A stretch of DNA of 64,000 bases, from contig NC_068996.1 in assembly GCF_001194135.2 (NCBI RefSeq), forward strand, positions 55,427,931 through 55,491,930. The letters run 5' to 3'. The notes beneath the pieces were generated by a model that was given only the letters and a program-made list of their open reading frames with translations, was not told the DNA's origin and searched no databases. Both the position numbers and the translations under genes were made by a program. This DNA comes from Octopus bimaculoides. Lineage: Eukaryota. Each line of letters begins with the position of its first letter. Position 1 is the first letter of the stretch. This document shows, one piece after another, positions 13,231 through 27,504 of the stretch.

Positions 13231-13625
13231 ATATATGTATAAAAGATAAAGACCCCCTAGAAAGTTCCCCTCCAAGGTACAAGTCCAGGCAAGATTGTTA
13301 TTAAAGAAGACCAACAGTCACCCATGCATACCAGTGTCCCTTCTCCATGCCATTATATTTACATAGGGTAAAGACCCCCTTCATTCATGAATGACCATGG
13401 GATACCAGTGCCCCCTCACCACTCCACCAATGTTAGCCAAGGAAAAGGCAAAGACTGATACAATTTGGCACAAGTGATGTCGCAACTCATTTCTATAACT
13501 GAGTGAACTGGAGCAACATAAAATAAAGTGTCTTGTTCAAGAACACAAGATGCAGCCTGGTCCAGGAATCAAACTCACTATCTCATGATTGTGAGCTTGA
13601 TGTTCTAACCACTGAGCAATGTACC
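13231..13625 (-). mobile_element. Family D tRNA-derived SINE (CORE/V-like body) with duplicated 3' end
   Basis: Minus strand reads ctcagtggttagaacatc...gagtttgattcctgg (A/B boxes), then ttcttgaacaagacactttattttatgttgctccagttcactcag. Other copies at ~6940-7080 and 21690-21895. Confidence 0.7.
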
Positions 13626-13664
13626 ATGTCTATTCAGGTACTACACACTCATAATATATATATA

Positions 13665-14235
13665 TCATCATCATCGTTTAACATCCACTTTCCATACTGG
13701 CATAGGTTGGACGGTTTGACTGACGACTGGCGAACCAGATGACTGCACCAGGCTCCAATCTGATCTGGCAAAGTTTCTACAGCTGGATGCCCTTCCTAAT
13801 GCCAACCACTCCGAGAGTGTAGTGGGTGCTTTTACGAGGTCCAGTCAGGTGGTTCTGGCAACGACCACGCTCAAAATGGTGTTTTTTACATGCCACTTGC
13901 AAAGGAACCAGTCCGGTGGCACTAGCAACGATCATGCTCGATTGTTGTTTTTCACGTGCCACTGGCACGTGTGCTGGTAAGGTGACGCTGGCAATGATCA
14001 CGCTCGAATGGTGCTCTTCATGTGTCACCAGTATGGGAGCCAATCTGTGGCTCTGGTAACGATCATGCTCGGATGTGCTTTTAACATTCCATTGGCATAA
14101 GTGCCAATCAGGTAGTATTGTCATCGGCCACGTCAGTGATTTTGATTTGTTTACACTTGCTTCAATAGGTCTTTGCAAGAAAAGTTCATTGACCAATGAA
14201 TGAGGGGTATCCATAAATGGGCTGGTTACACCCCA
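13665..14235 (-). mobile_element. Family A retroposon copy (long form)
   Basis: (CAT)n, then tttaacatccactttccat..ggatgcccttcctaatgccaaccactcc and the modular internal region. Confidence 0.85.
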
Positions 14236-14324
14236 CGTTTGGATGTGCTTTTAACGTTCCACTGGCATGAGTGCCAATTGGGCAGTACTGTCATTGGCCA
14301 CATCAGCGATATATATATATATAC

Positions 14325-14830
14325 TCTGGTTGTGAAGACCTGTTGGGACAAGTGAAATCGTAATTGAACCATATTCGATGACTGGTCACTGCGCCAGTGG
14401 AGCACTAACAGCACTGTCCGAGCGTGTTCATTGCCAGAGCAGCTGTCTGGCTTCCGAGCCAGTGACCCGTAAATCGCACCATTTGAGCGTAATCATTACC
14501 AGCATTGCCTCCCTGGCACTTGTGCCGGTGGCACGTTAGAAAATCATTCGAGCGAGGTTGTTGCCAGTGCCACTGGCAGCTGGCATGTAAAAAACACCTT
14601 TTTGAGCATGGCCGTTGCCAGTACCACCTGACTGGCTCCCCGTGCCGGTGGCACGTAAAAGTACCCACTACACTCTCGGAGTGGTTGGCGTTAGGAAGGG
14701 CATCAAGCTGTAGAAACTTTGCCAGATCAAATTGGAGCCTGGTGCAGCCTTCTGGTTCACCAGTCCTCAGTCAAATCATCCAACCCATGCCAGCATGGAA
14801 AGCGGACGTTAAACGATGATGATGATGATG
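14325..14830 (+). mobile_element. Family A retroposon copy (long form)
   Basis: Same modules as 12581-12957, ending gcggacgttaaac(gat)n. Confidence 0.85.
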
Positions 14831-15661
14831 ATATATACATGTATGGATAAGCATATTTGTTGGTGTCCTCTTGTCTTGAAATTATATTAATTGTAAACAA
14901 ATATCTGTCATACAAACACTGTGATTCATTTGCAATCTTCTATGAAAACATGTCTGGCCATTGTGCTGTTTATGCTTGAAAGACCAAGAGAAACAGTACC
15001 TTGCTAAAAAAACAGGTGAGAGTTGGTGACAGGTAGAGCATCTGGGTGGTAGAAAATCTGCCTCAAAGAATTACACCTGATCCAAGGAAAGATAGTATAT
15101 TAAACTACCCAGCACCCCACCAAAAAAACAAAAAAACAAACAAATAAAGATAACTCTCATGGAAGAATAATTGCTAGATAAAAAGAAGGAATAGAAGTTG
15201 AGTTACTGTCCATAAAAATGGTTTGGTTATGAGATAAGAATTAATGACAATGAGAGAACATCTAGGTGGTCATTTGAATTGTTAGAAATAGTAGCCAATC
15301 TCCCCTAAATTACACCTTACTATCTTTAAAAAAAGTAGGATATATTAAACCATTGTTTTCAACTGTTGAGGCACAATGCTATGATGTACTCCAAGGAAGA
15401 TGAACTACATTACTAATACTTGTATGTGTAATTTACGATTTCAGAAAAATCTATACTAATCTTTGAGCTTCTTGGAAAAAAAAAATGTTCATAATTTTGT
15501 TTTACACTTGGCTGAGAGGTTAAGTAGTTTAATTCACAACCATGTGATTTCAGGTTCAGCCCGACTGCATGGCACCTTGGGCAGGTACCTATAGCTAGGG
15601 GTAACCAAAACCTTGTGAGATGGAAACAAAGAAATCCGTTGTCTGTGTATGTAATGTATCA

Positions 15662-15885
15662 ATCATCATCATCAACATTTAACGTCTGTTTTTCCACACT
15701 AGCATGGGTTGGACAGTTTGAAAGGATCTGGCAAAGCCAGGGGTCACACCAGGTTCCATAGCCAGTTTTGGCATGGTTGCTACAGCTGGATGCTGCCCTT
15801 CCTAATGCCAACCACTTTACAGAGTGAACTGGGTGCTTTTTACATGGTACCATCATCAGTGCTTTTTACGTAGCATCGGTACCCA
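15662..15885 (-). mobile_element. Family A retroposon copy
   Basis: (CAT)n tail and ctacagctggatg..cccttcctaatgccaaccac. Confidence 0.75.
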
Positions 15886-18313
15886 TAATAATGCTTCTCA
15901 CATGACACTTTCGCTTTAGGATTCCAACTCTGTTGTGGTGGGCGAGTCATCTTGAGTACAGCAAAGCACAACATGCCTCACTCCTCTGTCATCTCTTTTG
16001 TAAGACTCAACGTTTTTGAGATTGGCCTTCAACAGGTATGTATATTGTGTAATGTATGTATGAAATGTCATATATGTGTATGTATGTGTGCATGGAAGTG
16101 TGGGTATGTGTCTTTTTGGTCTGACATCACATGAGAGTTGTAAACAAACAACACCATCATACAAGCGGGGATTTTCATTTCCAAACCACTGTGAAAACAT
16201 GTCTGGTCAAGTGGAAATATTACTTTGCTTGGAAACAGAAGAGTGTTGGTGACAGGAAGGGCATTCAGCCATAGTAAATGTGTTCCAACACATCTTGTGT
16301 TACCCATGCAAACATAGAAAAGTGGATGTTATGATGATGATGATGATGGTTTCTGTAGAAATACACTGTTTTCATTTTGATTCTGAAAATAATGAACAAT
16401 TTTGATAAAATAATTTGTCATTAAATAAACTGAAGGCTGAAACATAAATTAAGATAAAATTTTGATGGAAGAAGGTTTTTAATTTAGATCACTTTAACCC
16501 TTTTGTTACCATATTAATACTGAAATGCACAGGCTTTGTTTCAATTGATTTTGAAATAATGAAGAATTTAGTAAGTTAATTCTGTTCATTATGAATCTGG
16601 TGTTTGGAATATGAATTAACATGATATGTTGATGGAAGGTTTTAATTTAGATAATTTTAAAACAAGAATTTTGAATCATAGAATCAGGGGTGGTGGTCTC
16701 AAGAGGATTGCTATTAAAGTGATTAATAAAAGAAGCAGTGATAGTTTTGCTTAAAAGTTTTTACTTTGGAAGTTTGTTTTAAATTTTCCATAGATTTTCA
16801 ATTTTCAGCTTTCCACGTGAAGAGCACAAGTTTTGTCACAAATGAGAACCAAAACATTGGATGCCACAAAAAAAAAAAAAAAAGGAGCAAGAAAGAAAGA
16901 AAGAGAAAGTGGGTCAGGAGAAATTGACTGTCACAACTAGAACAACTTTAATTATAGGTCTGTTTGGTCAGACTTTGAACCAAACAACAACAATATCACT
17001 GGAGTTATGAAAAAAAAAAAGATTCGGTTCCAGTTGAGCAGTATTTTTGATGAAGAACTATATTCTAAAAGAATGGAATGCAAAATACGCTGCCAAACTT
17101 TGCTTAGAACACATCAAGGTCACTGCAAGTTGAAGCCTGGATTCAACTGGAATTGCTGCAATGGAAGTCTGTTGGAGTAGCAACAATAATAGTAGCAACA
17201 ACATATGACCTTCAGCAACAAAAGCTGATTGCAACTGAAGTGAAAAAACAAAACAACCAAAAACCAAAACCAACCAAAAACAAAACAACTGATTGATAAT
17301 GAAAAGTCACAGGACAATGTACAGAACAAAGATAAAAGTATTGGTAAAAATGGTCATGTGATAGCAATAAGTGAGAGGCATGCTGGGTAATATGTAACTG
17401 AAATGGTATTGGATATGTGAATGTATTATTGGTGTGATTATATGAGAGCAGAGAAGGTTTTGCATTATAGATGAGAGGATGCAGATGTGTCTAACCCATA
17501 AAGATATAAAAATGGACGTTTAAACATCCACAACGGTGGTGGTGGTGGTAGGGGGTGAGTTATAACAGAGCTGGGGTAGTAGTGTAAATATGGTAATAAT
17601 TTAAGTGGTGATGTGTTGTTGTGGTGGTGCTGATGACGATGATGGTCATAGTGAAGTGGTAGTGGTGGTGGTGGGGATGCAGATGATAATGATGATTAAA
17701 CTCTTTTAGATTAGATGTAATTAGCTCATCTCATTCCTGACCCTAGCCCTATAAATGATAACCAATTACTTCAGCAGACCATATTTGTTCAACAGCTTGT
17801 CTGCTTTCGTTCTCATCACACAAGAAAGCCAAACCTGAGCCAAACAAATCTCTACACGGTCACTCCACATGTTAGAAATAGCAGCCAAACCTCACACAAA
17901 ATCATACCTTACTGTCTTAATAAAAAGGAAGGCTACATATGTTATTTTGAAAATGGTGAATAGTATTTGTTTCATAAAATAAATGCTTATTGTATTTTAT
18001 TAAAAGATGCTTTATCTCACAAAATATTGGAATTTTTTCAAAGACTAGGCTTTCTGAAGAACTCTCTCTCTTTCACACACACACACACATATACACACAC
18101 AAAATGGATGATCACTGCTGAAGTATCTTTCATTATAAATCTGCTTGATCACGGCTGACCTAGGGCTAAACAACGATAATACCGTTACCATAGACACCAT
18201 CAAAAAGAACATATTTGGTTATATTCCTAGATACACTATGTCTGTAAAAAATAAAATAGATGTAGAGAGCCATGGCTGGAACATGCTATGATCAAAACAA
18301 TATTGAACAAGAG

Positions 18314-18711
18314 GTGACAACGTGTGGTAAGTAGCTTGCTTACCAACCACATGGTTCTGGGTTCAGTCCCACTGCATGGCACCTTGGGCAAGTGTCTTCT
18401 ACTATAGCCTTGGGCTGACCAAAGCCTTGTGAGTGGATTTGGTAGACGGAAACTGAAAGAAGCCTGTCGTATATATGTATATCTATGTGTGTTTGTGTGT
18501 CTGTGTTTGTCCCCCCAACATCACTTGACAACTGATGCTGGTGTGTTTACGTCCCCGTAACTTAGCGGTTCGGCAAAAAGAGACCGACAGAATAAGTACT
18601 AGGCTTCCAAAGAATAAGTCCTGGGGTTGATTTGCTTGACTAAAGGTGGTGCTCCAGCATGGCCGCAGTCAAATGACTGAAACAAGTAAAAGAGAGTAAA
18701 GAGTAAAGAGT
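18314..18711 (+). mobile_element. Family B tRNA-derived SINE
   Basis: Near full-length copy ending gaaacaagtaaaagagagtaaagagtaaagag. Confidence 0.85.
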
Positions 18712-18829
18712 ATCTTATTTTTCCTTAGTTATTGTTTAGCCCCAGGTCATTTTTGACCAGCATATCTATGATCATAAGATTTCCATCTCCTTTTGTAAAG
18801 CTAAGACTACATTGGCAAAAGGTTGTAGC

Positions 18830-19080
18830 CAAGTGGATATGATGTTCCAGTCACATTTGTAAGACTGTAGTTTTGATTACCAGACCGGGGTGGGAGGGGG
18901 GCAGTGTTGTATCCTTAAACAAAACACTTTATTTCACACTACTCCAGTTCACTAGCTGTAAATGGGATCCAGCAATATCTGGGAAGTTAACCCTGTGATG
19001 GACTGGCAACCCATCCAGGGGGAAGTGTTGTAATATGTTACTTATGTGCCATAGAAACTTATGAGTCCTAGGGTCCATAA
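18830..19080 (+). mobile_element. Degenerate SINE with V-domain-like segment
   Basis: cactttatttcacactactccagttcac followed by ccctgtgatggactggcaacccatccagggg, which resembles the V-SINE conserved domain. Confidence 0.45.
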
Positions 19081-19129
19081 CAGACCTAAGTCCAAGACTC
19101 CATTGTCTGTGTGTCCTTCAGTTTAGAAG

Positions 19130-19606
<477 letters not shown>

Positions 19607-20515
19607 AGAGAGATATGAAGTTGTCTGGCTGCTACTTCTAGCAGGTTCACCAACGGTGTAGAGGTTCCCTTCTAAGTTTGTTCTTCAGTCTCTGAAAAGT
19701 GACCTCTGAACAATTCTTCCTCTTCAGGTTCACATTACACATCCAATAGACAACACACGATTCACTCTCTTCTCCCTCTCTGCCATACCAACGTAACACC
19801 AGCACCAATTATGACGAACTAATAAGGGAGCAACTACATGATCACTTGACCAGCTAGAAATAGTAGCTTCTACATTGTCTCTTCATCTATTAGAAATAAC
19901 TGCCAAACTTCCCTCAAATCAAACTTCCACTCAATCATTTGAGAAAGGACCAATTGGCTAATATAGTCTCGTATTCCCTGCACATAGGAAAAAGGCAGGT
20001 AGGTCACAAATGAAACGTCTTTGATCATATGTTTACATGAGTAGTGCAAACGTGGGGTTGAACAGTGATAGCAAAAACCAAGACAACAACAACAACAACC
20101 AACACTGCTACAAAACAAAAAGCAAAAGCTGTTTGCCTGATACGCACACACACACACACGCTGCAACACTGCACCTCTTCATTTTGTTGTCAATGGAGGA
20201 GGTATCAACCATGAACTTTTGACATTATGCTATTAAAGGAAGGGCAAGGGGGTGGGAATGAAGCAGAGGGTGGGGCATGTGCCCCCTCTTACATCCCCTC
20301 AGCACCCAACATTAATTAGGTCAGCCAGGTAATGGAATTCACAGATTCTGTGCTAAAAGATCACAGACGCAGGTAGAGAACAACACATACACACACACAT
20401 ATAAGCACAGAGACACATATGCAATAAAACATACAAGTGCATGCATACACAAATACAGTATATGTATCTGTGTCTATCTACACACAAACACACACACCCA
20501 TTGTTACATGTATGA

Positions 20516-20560
<45 letters not shown>

Positions 20561-20647
20561 TATAGATAGATATACAAATGTGCAAACCTAACCTTCAGAA
20601 GAAAGGTTAAACATCATTGCTTTATCAGTGACTTTTCAAATCCTTTA

Positions 20648-20668
20648 TCATTATTATTATTATCATCA

Positions 20669-20705
<37 letters not shown>

Positions 20706-20745
20706 CATCATTATTATTATTATTATTATTATAATTATCATTATT
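20648..20745. repeat. (ATT)n/(ATC)n compound microsatellite
   Basis: Direct observation. Confidence 0.97.
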
Positions 20746-21161
20746 ACTGCGGTTTGTTATTAATTTTGTCACAATCACTGTAGCCATCTTGTTTCCCCTT
20801 TTTAGCTGCATTGATAAAGGAACACTGGCTAAATAATAAATATTAGCTATGACATAAGACATAAAACTAGAAATATGACTGATCAGCAGAATGCAACAAT
20901 ATGCACAGACAGCATTAAAGATGCCCAGAATGCAGCACACAAGTGCAGAGCAGGAGCATGCTCAGAGTGCAATACCATGCACAGGGTGCAGCATTTCCAG
21001 AATGCAGTATCATATTGCAGGGCAGTGTAGGTGCAGGCATCGCTATGTGGCAAGAAGTCTGCTTCTCAATCAGGTTTCAGGTTCAATCCCACTGCATGCC
21101 ACCCTGGGCTGACCAAAGCCTTGTGGATGGATTTGGTAATCCACTCACTTCTGAAAGCTGT

Positions 21162-21213
<52 letters not shown>

Positions 21214-22709
21214 ACAGCTTTGTTGTATATATCTATATATATATATATACACACGCACACAGATACAAGTCTGATGAAGTGTCTCTCTAATGTCTAAAAC
21301 CACAAACATTACGTAAATTTTCACTTTGAAGTTTTGTGTAAACTGGCAAATTGCCAGTAGAGATGGTACAGAAACAATTGTAACAAATCATTAAAAGATG
21401 TGTTGAAGGATTTCTTTATCTTATTGTTATTTGGATTATAATTCACTCTTGCCACACCCACTTAATGGTTTCCTTGTCATGAAACCAGGATTTCTTATGC
21501 TTGAAGAATTTCGGTAATAGTCTGGAATCTGACAGTGTTCATAACTCAGAATTCAGGTTGAGTGCTCCTCTGAAAATATCCTACCTTTATACTATACCAG
21601 TACCTAATATAAATCTGATGGTAGTCAGAGATAGACAGTTCTGAAATTCTTGCTGAACAACCTGCACAAACGATTCGTTTATAGTGATCAAATGTTTAGC
21701 TCACCTGTCACTCCATCAAATCAATGATGTTTGAACAGGTGCACACAGGTGTGCCATGCATCAGGTGTTAAAGTGATTGCAGAGCAACGTGAAATGAAGG
21801 GTCTTGCTCAAGAACACAATGCACAACCTAGTCTAGGAATTGAAATCATGATCTAGTGATTGTGAGTGCAACAACCCTAACCATTAGGCCATACCCCCCT
21901 CAGACACACACGTGTGTGTGTGTGCATGCGCAGGTGTGTGTTACTGTCACCTTGCCTTGACATTGTGTAATACTTGTAAATAATTTTCACTGTTATAGAA
22001 GCAGCATCATTCGTTTCTAATATTCTACAGAAACATGTCTGGCCATGAGGAAATATTACCAACATTGCTCATATGTCACAGGTTGGCTGGATTGAAGATG
22101 ACCCGGGGCTACACAACAACAGCTCTAGTATTATTTTGGTATATTCAGCACCTTGGTCAAGTGTCTTCTAGAGCCTCTGACTAACTGAAACCTTGTGAGT
22201 GGTTTTCGTTTATAGAAACTGAAATAAGCCCATTATGTGTGTGTGACATGGCATGATTGTTGTAAATGAATAGCAGTCATACAAGCAGTATCATCCATTT
22301 CTAGTCTTCTGCCATGGGGAAAAATATTACCTTACTTGGAGACAGGTGAGGAAAATCTACCTTAATAAACTCCATCCAACCCATGTAAGCATGCAAAAAT
22401 AGATGTTAAAACGATGATGATGATGGTAATTTAAGAATTTGAATATATTTGGATATAAAGTTTTAAAATTGTTCCAACTGCATCTTGGTCCACCAGCAAC
22501 AAATAATAATAATAATAATAATCCAGATTACATAACCCTTTCTCTCTCCCCTTTTCTTTCTTCAATAATTAACAAAGGAAGTGTTGGGGGAAGGGGAAAC
22601 ATTTGTTAATTAAGTTAATGAGGTTTGCAGATGAGATACAGTAATTTTAGTCGCAATTATTTTTGGATAGTGTAAAAGAAAAGGGTGTATATGTGTGTGC
22701 ACATATGTA

Positions 22710-23110
22710 TCATCATCATCGTTTAACGTCCGCTTTCCATGCTAGCATGGGTTGGACGGTTTGACTGAGGACTGGTGAAACCAAATGGCTACACCAGGCT
22801 CCAATCTGATCTGACAGAGTTTCTACAGCTGAATGCCCTTCCTAACACCAACCACTCCAAGAGTGTGGTGGGTGCTTTTACGTGCCACCGGCACGAGGGC
22901 CAGTCAGGCGGGTGCTGGCAAGAGCAACGCTCGAAATGGTGTATTTTAGGTGCCACCTGCACAGGGCCAGTCCAGGAGCACTGGCAACGATCTCTCTCGA
23001 ATGTCTTTACATGTGCTACCGGCACAAGTGTCAGGAAGGCGACGCTGGGCACAGATGCCATCACAATTTCACTTTCACTTGCCCCAATAAGTCTTCACAA
23101 GCCGAGTTAT
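22710..23110 (-). mobile_element. Family A retroposon copy
   Basis: catcatcatcgtttaacgtccgctttccatgctagcatgggttggacgg... with CpGs largely retained. Confidence 0.85.
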
Positions 23111-23639
23111 ATATATATATATATACATATACATAAATGTGTGTATCTTGCTTTACCAGAAGCTCTGAATTACATGACTCATAACAAATGTAGACTATTC
23201 TTCAATACATTATAATTGATAGGCTCCAATTTTCAGGACTCAGAGTAACTCTTTGCTGATCATCAGCTGATAAACTGAGCCTGGATTTTCTTTTGAAATA
23301 TCCACTGTTTGAATATTTTTTGAAATATGAAATGAAAGTTTGAAGAAAGCACTTATCGTTATGACTAAAAAATTTGCCTCAACAAACCTTGTCTGACCCA
23401 TGGAAGCATAGAAAAGTTGATATTAAAATGATGACACTCACAGAGGTTGAAGTATAAAAGATCAACAACATAACATATTGTAGAATAACTAATGGTAAAA
23501 TGTCTCTGGTACGGATAATGGAATAAGTTTGACAGTGAATAAAAATTTGCCTGTGATGGGTATACAGGAGTGTTTAAACCCCAGAACACCAGTAAACACC
23601 TTCCAGTGCTCAGAGGACTCTACAGAAGTAGTCAATAGC

Positions 23640-23915
23640 TGGGTGTATAACATTAGGGTGTATAACAGGTGAAGTATAGATGAGCTGAGAGAAAAACTGG
23701 GTATAAGTGGTAACAGATGTAATATGCAAGAGTGACGGCTTCACTGGTATGGACATGTAATGTGTATGGGGATGGTGAGAGTTGGGTGTGAAGGTGCAAG
23801 AAGATCCATGTGGAAGGATCCCATGGAAGAGGGAAACCAATAAAGACAAAAAAAAAGGGGTGAGTAGAGATCTCAGAAAGCTGAAATTTGCAAAAGAGAT
23901 GACAATGAAATGCAA
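23640..23915 (+). mobile_element. RTE LINE ORF C-terminal fragment
   Basis: DELREKLGISGNRCNMQE*RLHWYGHVM..GRGKP..RDLRKLKFAKEMT. Confidence 0.7.
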
Positions 23916-24178
23916 CATGGGTTGGACAGTTTGACTGGAATTGGCCAGGGAAGAGCCTACACCAGATTTCTGTGTCTGTTTTGGCAGGGTTTTTTATTGC
24001 TGGTTGCCCTTTCTAACAGCACTGACAGGTTCCCCAAGTAACTTGCGAGACAGAGATCTTTTGAGAAGGGAAGGGGCATTGGAGGAGGGGATCTTGTGCC
24101 AGATGATGAAAGGTTAGAGTGTGATTAAGGGACAGAAACAGGTGTCTTGCTGTAGGAGAGGTACATGGTTACCCGGCT

Positions 24179-24255
<77 letters not shown>

Positions 24256-26865
24256 AGGAATGAGGACAGAAATGTGTGCTGCTGCTGTAAAGGAGATACA
24301 TGATTACCCAAACTGGGGGAAGAGCAAGAGAAGAAGAGAGAGAGAGAGAGAGTGGGACACAGCAGGAGTGCAAGAGAGAACAGGAGAGGGATGGTGGTAA
24401 AATGTCAGGCATGACGACAAGGGACAGGGGTTGAGTAAAAGAAGAGATAGATTGTGGCAAGTACCAGGGCAAACCCTTGAAGTACAGAGATGATAATAGA
24501 AGTGGCAGGACATTGTTGAAGAAGCATGAGTGGAGGGTGGGAGAAGGGAGTGGTGAAAACCTGGGTATATAGAAAGCTACCTGGGTATATAGATAGCAAT
24601 GATACAATGAAACAGGGTGGTGAGGACAGGATTGGGGAGTGAGAGGTAAGCAGTGCATGAAAAAGAAATGTGAAGAAGAGAAGAGATGTAGTTTGGTTTG
24701 TTGGGATAGGGTGTATGAAAAGTTTTCTTGTTATGTGTGGGTGGAACACACACAGGGCTTCTAAAACTCAGTTTTGTTGATGTAGATGGGTGGGTTTTCT
24801 CAAGAACCTCATATTGCCAGACATCTCAGTCCATTGTCATTTCCTCCATGAGACCCAACATCCTGAGATCAACCCTCACCACTTCATACCATGTCTTCCT
24901 GGGTCTCCCTCTTCTGTGGGTGCCCTCCACTTTCCATGATCAGCCCTTCTTTATACAACTGTCTTCATTCATAAGCATCACATGTCCAAACCAACAGTCT
25001 TCTCTCTTGCATGCTGTATTTGATTCCTCCTATGCCCAACTTTTCTCTCAATATGTTTTGCACTTTGTCGAACATGCACATCCAGTAGAGCATCCTACCT
25101 TCATATCTCTCCAGTCTACGCATGTCTTCCGCATTCAGAGCCCATGTCTCACTATCATGGGGTATAGCCATTCGTACACAAGCATCATACAATCTACCTT
25201 TCACTCTGAGAGTTGCTTTTGTTGCCAACAGAAAGTAATAACTCTCTGAACTTCCTCCATCCTATTCTTATTCTAGAAACNNNNNNNNNNNNNNNNNNNN
25301 NNNNNNNNNNNNNNNNNNNNNNNNNNNNNNNNNNNNNNNNNNNNNNNNNNNNNNNNNNNNNNNNNNNNNNNNNNNNNNNNNNNNNNNNNNNNNNNNNNNN
25401 NNNNNNNNNNNNNNNNNNNNNNNNNNNNNNNNNNNNNNNNNNNNNNNNNNNNNNNNNNNNNNNNNNNNNNNNNNNNNNNNNNNNNNNNNNNNNNNNNNNN
25501 NNNNNNNNNNNNGGAATCAAAGGCCCTTTGATTCCAGGTTTTGCTTCCATACCAGGATTTTCTGCAATAAGAGTGAGGTGATCAGCATTAAGCAGTTCCC
25601 ACGGGCACCCAGTTTTGAATTCCTCTGTTATGGTTTGGAGGACTATAATGAATAAGAGTGGGCTGAGAACTGAATCTTAGTGAACCCCTACTTGTACACT
25701 AAATTCATCACTGTATTCGTGGCTGACTGACCTCATTGACAGCACCCATTGTACATGGCTTGTACAACTTTAACAAGCCATTCCTCTCCCAACTTCTTAG
25801 AAGCCACCAGATAACAGAGTGGGGAACTCTGTCGAAAGCTTTCTCCAGGTCGATGAAAGCTAAGTACAATGGCCTACTTTTGACCAAATATTTTTCCTGA
25901 AGTTGTCTCACTAGGAAGATGGCATCTATGGTACTCTTCCCAGGTACAAAACCAAACTCCATTTGATCTAGTTTAATCTTTCCAGGTACAAAACCAAACT
26001 GCATCTCATCCAGTTTAATTCTATTCTTAATCAATTGAGCTGTAACCCTCTCTGTAACTTTCATGACTTGGTCCAGCAGTTTAATCTCTCTGTAGTTGTT
26101 TCTATCTAAGACATCACTTTTACCCTTGTAGCAGCTGACTATAATACTGCTACACCAGTCCTTGGGGATGGGGCCTTCCTGAATAACCTGATTAAGTATA
26201 CAGGTGACTAGGCTTTATCACACACAACCAGATATTTTAATCATCTCAGCAGTGATTCCTGATTGCCCAGGGGTTTTCCCTGACCTCATATCCTTAATTG
26301 CCTTATCTATTGTGCTGCTATCAACTCTGATGACTGGTCCCTCAATTGGTTCGATATTTGAAAGACTGTCCTTCTCCCATTCATTTTCCACATTTAGTAA
26401 CCTTTCATACATCTTTCTTCTCTGAGTCACTAAATGCAAGCATACCATTATCTGTTCGCACACATTTCTCACCCACCACATCTCTATTCTCTCTGATACA
26501 CTGCTTTGCAATCCTGAACATCTCATGCCTCTGATCCTCATGCTACAGAACGTTGACAAACCTCTTATCTATGACTCTTTTTGCTATGTAAACCTGTCGC
26601 CTAGCTTTCTTTCTGGCTACATAATATAATTACCTGCTTTCACCATTTTCCCAGTCTTTGTTTTTATAGCACTGTCCACCTCCTTATTCCATCACCATGT
26701 CGTCTGCAGTCTAGCTGGGACTTTACACCAACCACAGATTTGGTCTGCAGCCCTCAGTAGATTGTCCTGCAGGAATTTCCAATTGCCCTCTAATTGTCCC
26801 TACTTTCTCCTCTCTATCGTCAGAGGCTGCCGTTAGAATGTCTCTGAATTTCTGTCTGAATATAA
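23915..26865 (-). mobile_element. 5'-truncated, decayed RTE LINE (RT domain, C-terminus and long 3' UTR ending in a family A-type tail)
   Basis: ORF pieces YERLLNVENEW..AIKDMRSGKTPG, MQFGFVPGKSTIDAIFLVRQLQEKY..LAFIDLEKAFDRVP, GCPWELLNADHL (decayed YADD) and KGRLYDACVR..SETWAL..LERYEGRML. Spans gap 25281-25512. Confidence 0.9.
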
Positions 26866-27504
26866 TTTAAGGGATTAGAAAATGCAAAATTATGATTTCT
26901 GATTTAGGTACAAATCCAGAAATTCTGAGTGGATGGGATAAAGTACCAATCATGACCCTAGTTTGTGACTGGTATTTTATTTTGCTGACCCCACAAAATT
27001 GGAAACTTGAACTTGGAGCATAAATTATGAGAAGGAATACAACAAGACATTTCTTCCAACACTACAGTGATCCTGTCAGCTCAATAATGTTTAAAGGTCT
27101 TCGAAAAACACTTTTCTTACCCTCAATTATCATTCATCAAAAACATAATAACCATTAAGTGTGGAGATGCTTGTGTAGTCAAAAAGCTCACTTTGCGACT
27201 ATATGGTTTTAAGTTCAATCCCAAGAAACTAAAAGTAGACTTAAAAGTCCTGGGTCAATTTGTTCAACTAAATCTGTCAAAGAAGTGCCCCAGCTTGGCC
27301 ACTGTCAATGACTGAAACAAATAAAAGATAAAAGACTGCAGCTCTCACATCAGATAATTCAAATTTTCCATTTGACAAAATATCTTTGCAAAAATCGGTA
27401 GAGCATTGGACAAGATAGCCAATGGCTTTTGATTACAACACTTTAAATTCTACACAAATCCACACTATCTTTCAAGTACAGGGGTCGGATATGGTTGATT
27501 AAAC

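Noticed and set aside
25513-25535. 11-bp-arm palindrome ggaatcaaagg-c-cctttgattcc
   Set aside because: It lies immediately at a contig end, where fold-back artefacts are common.
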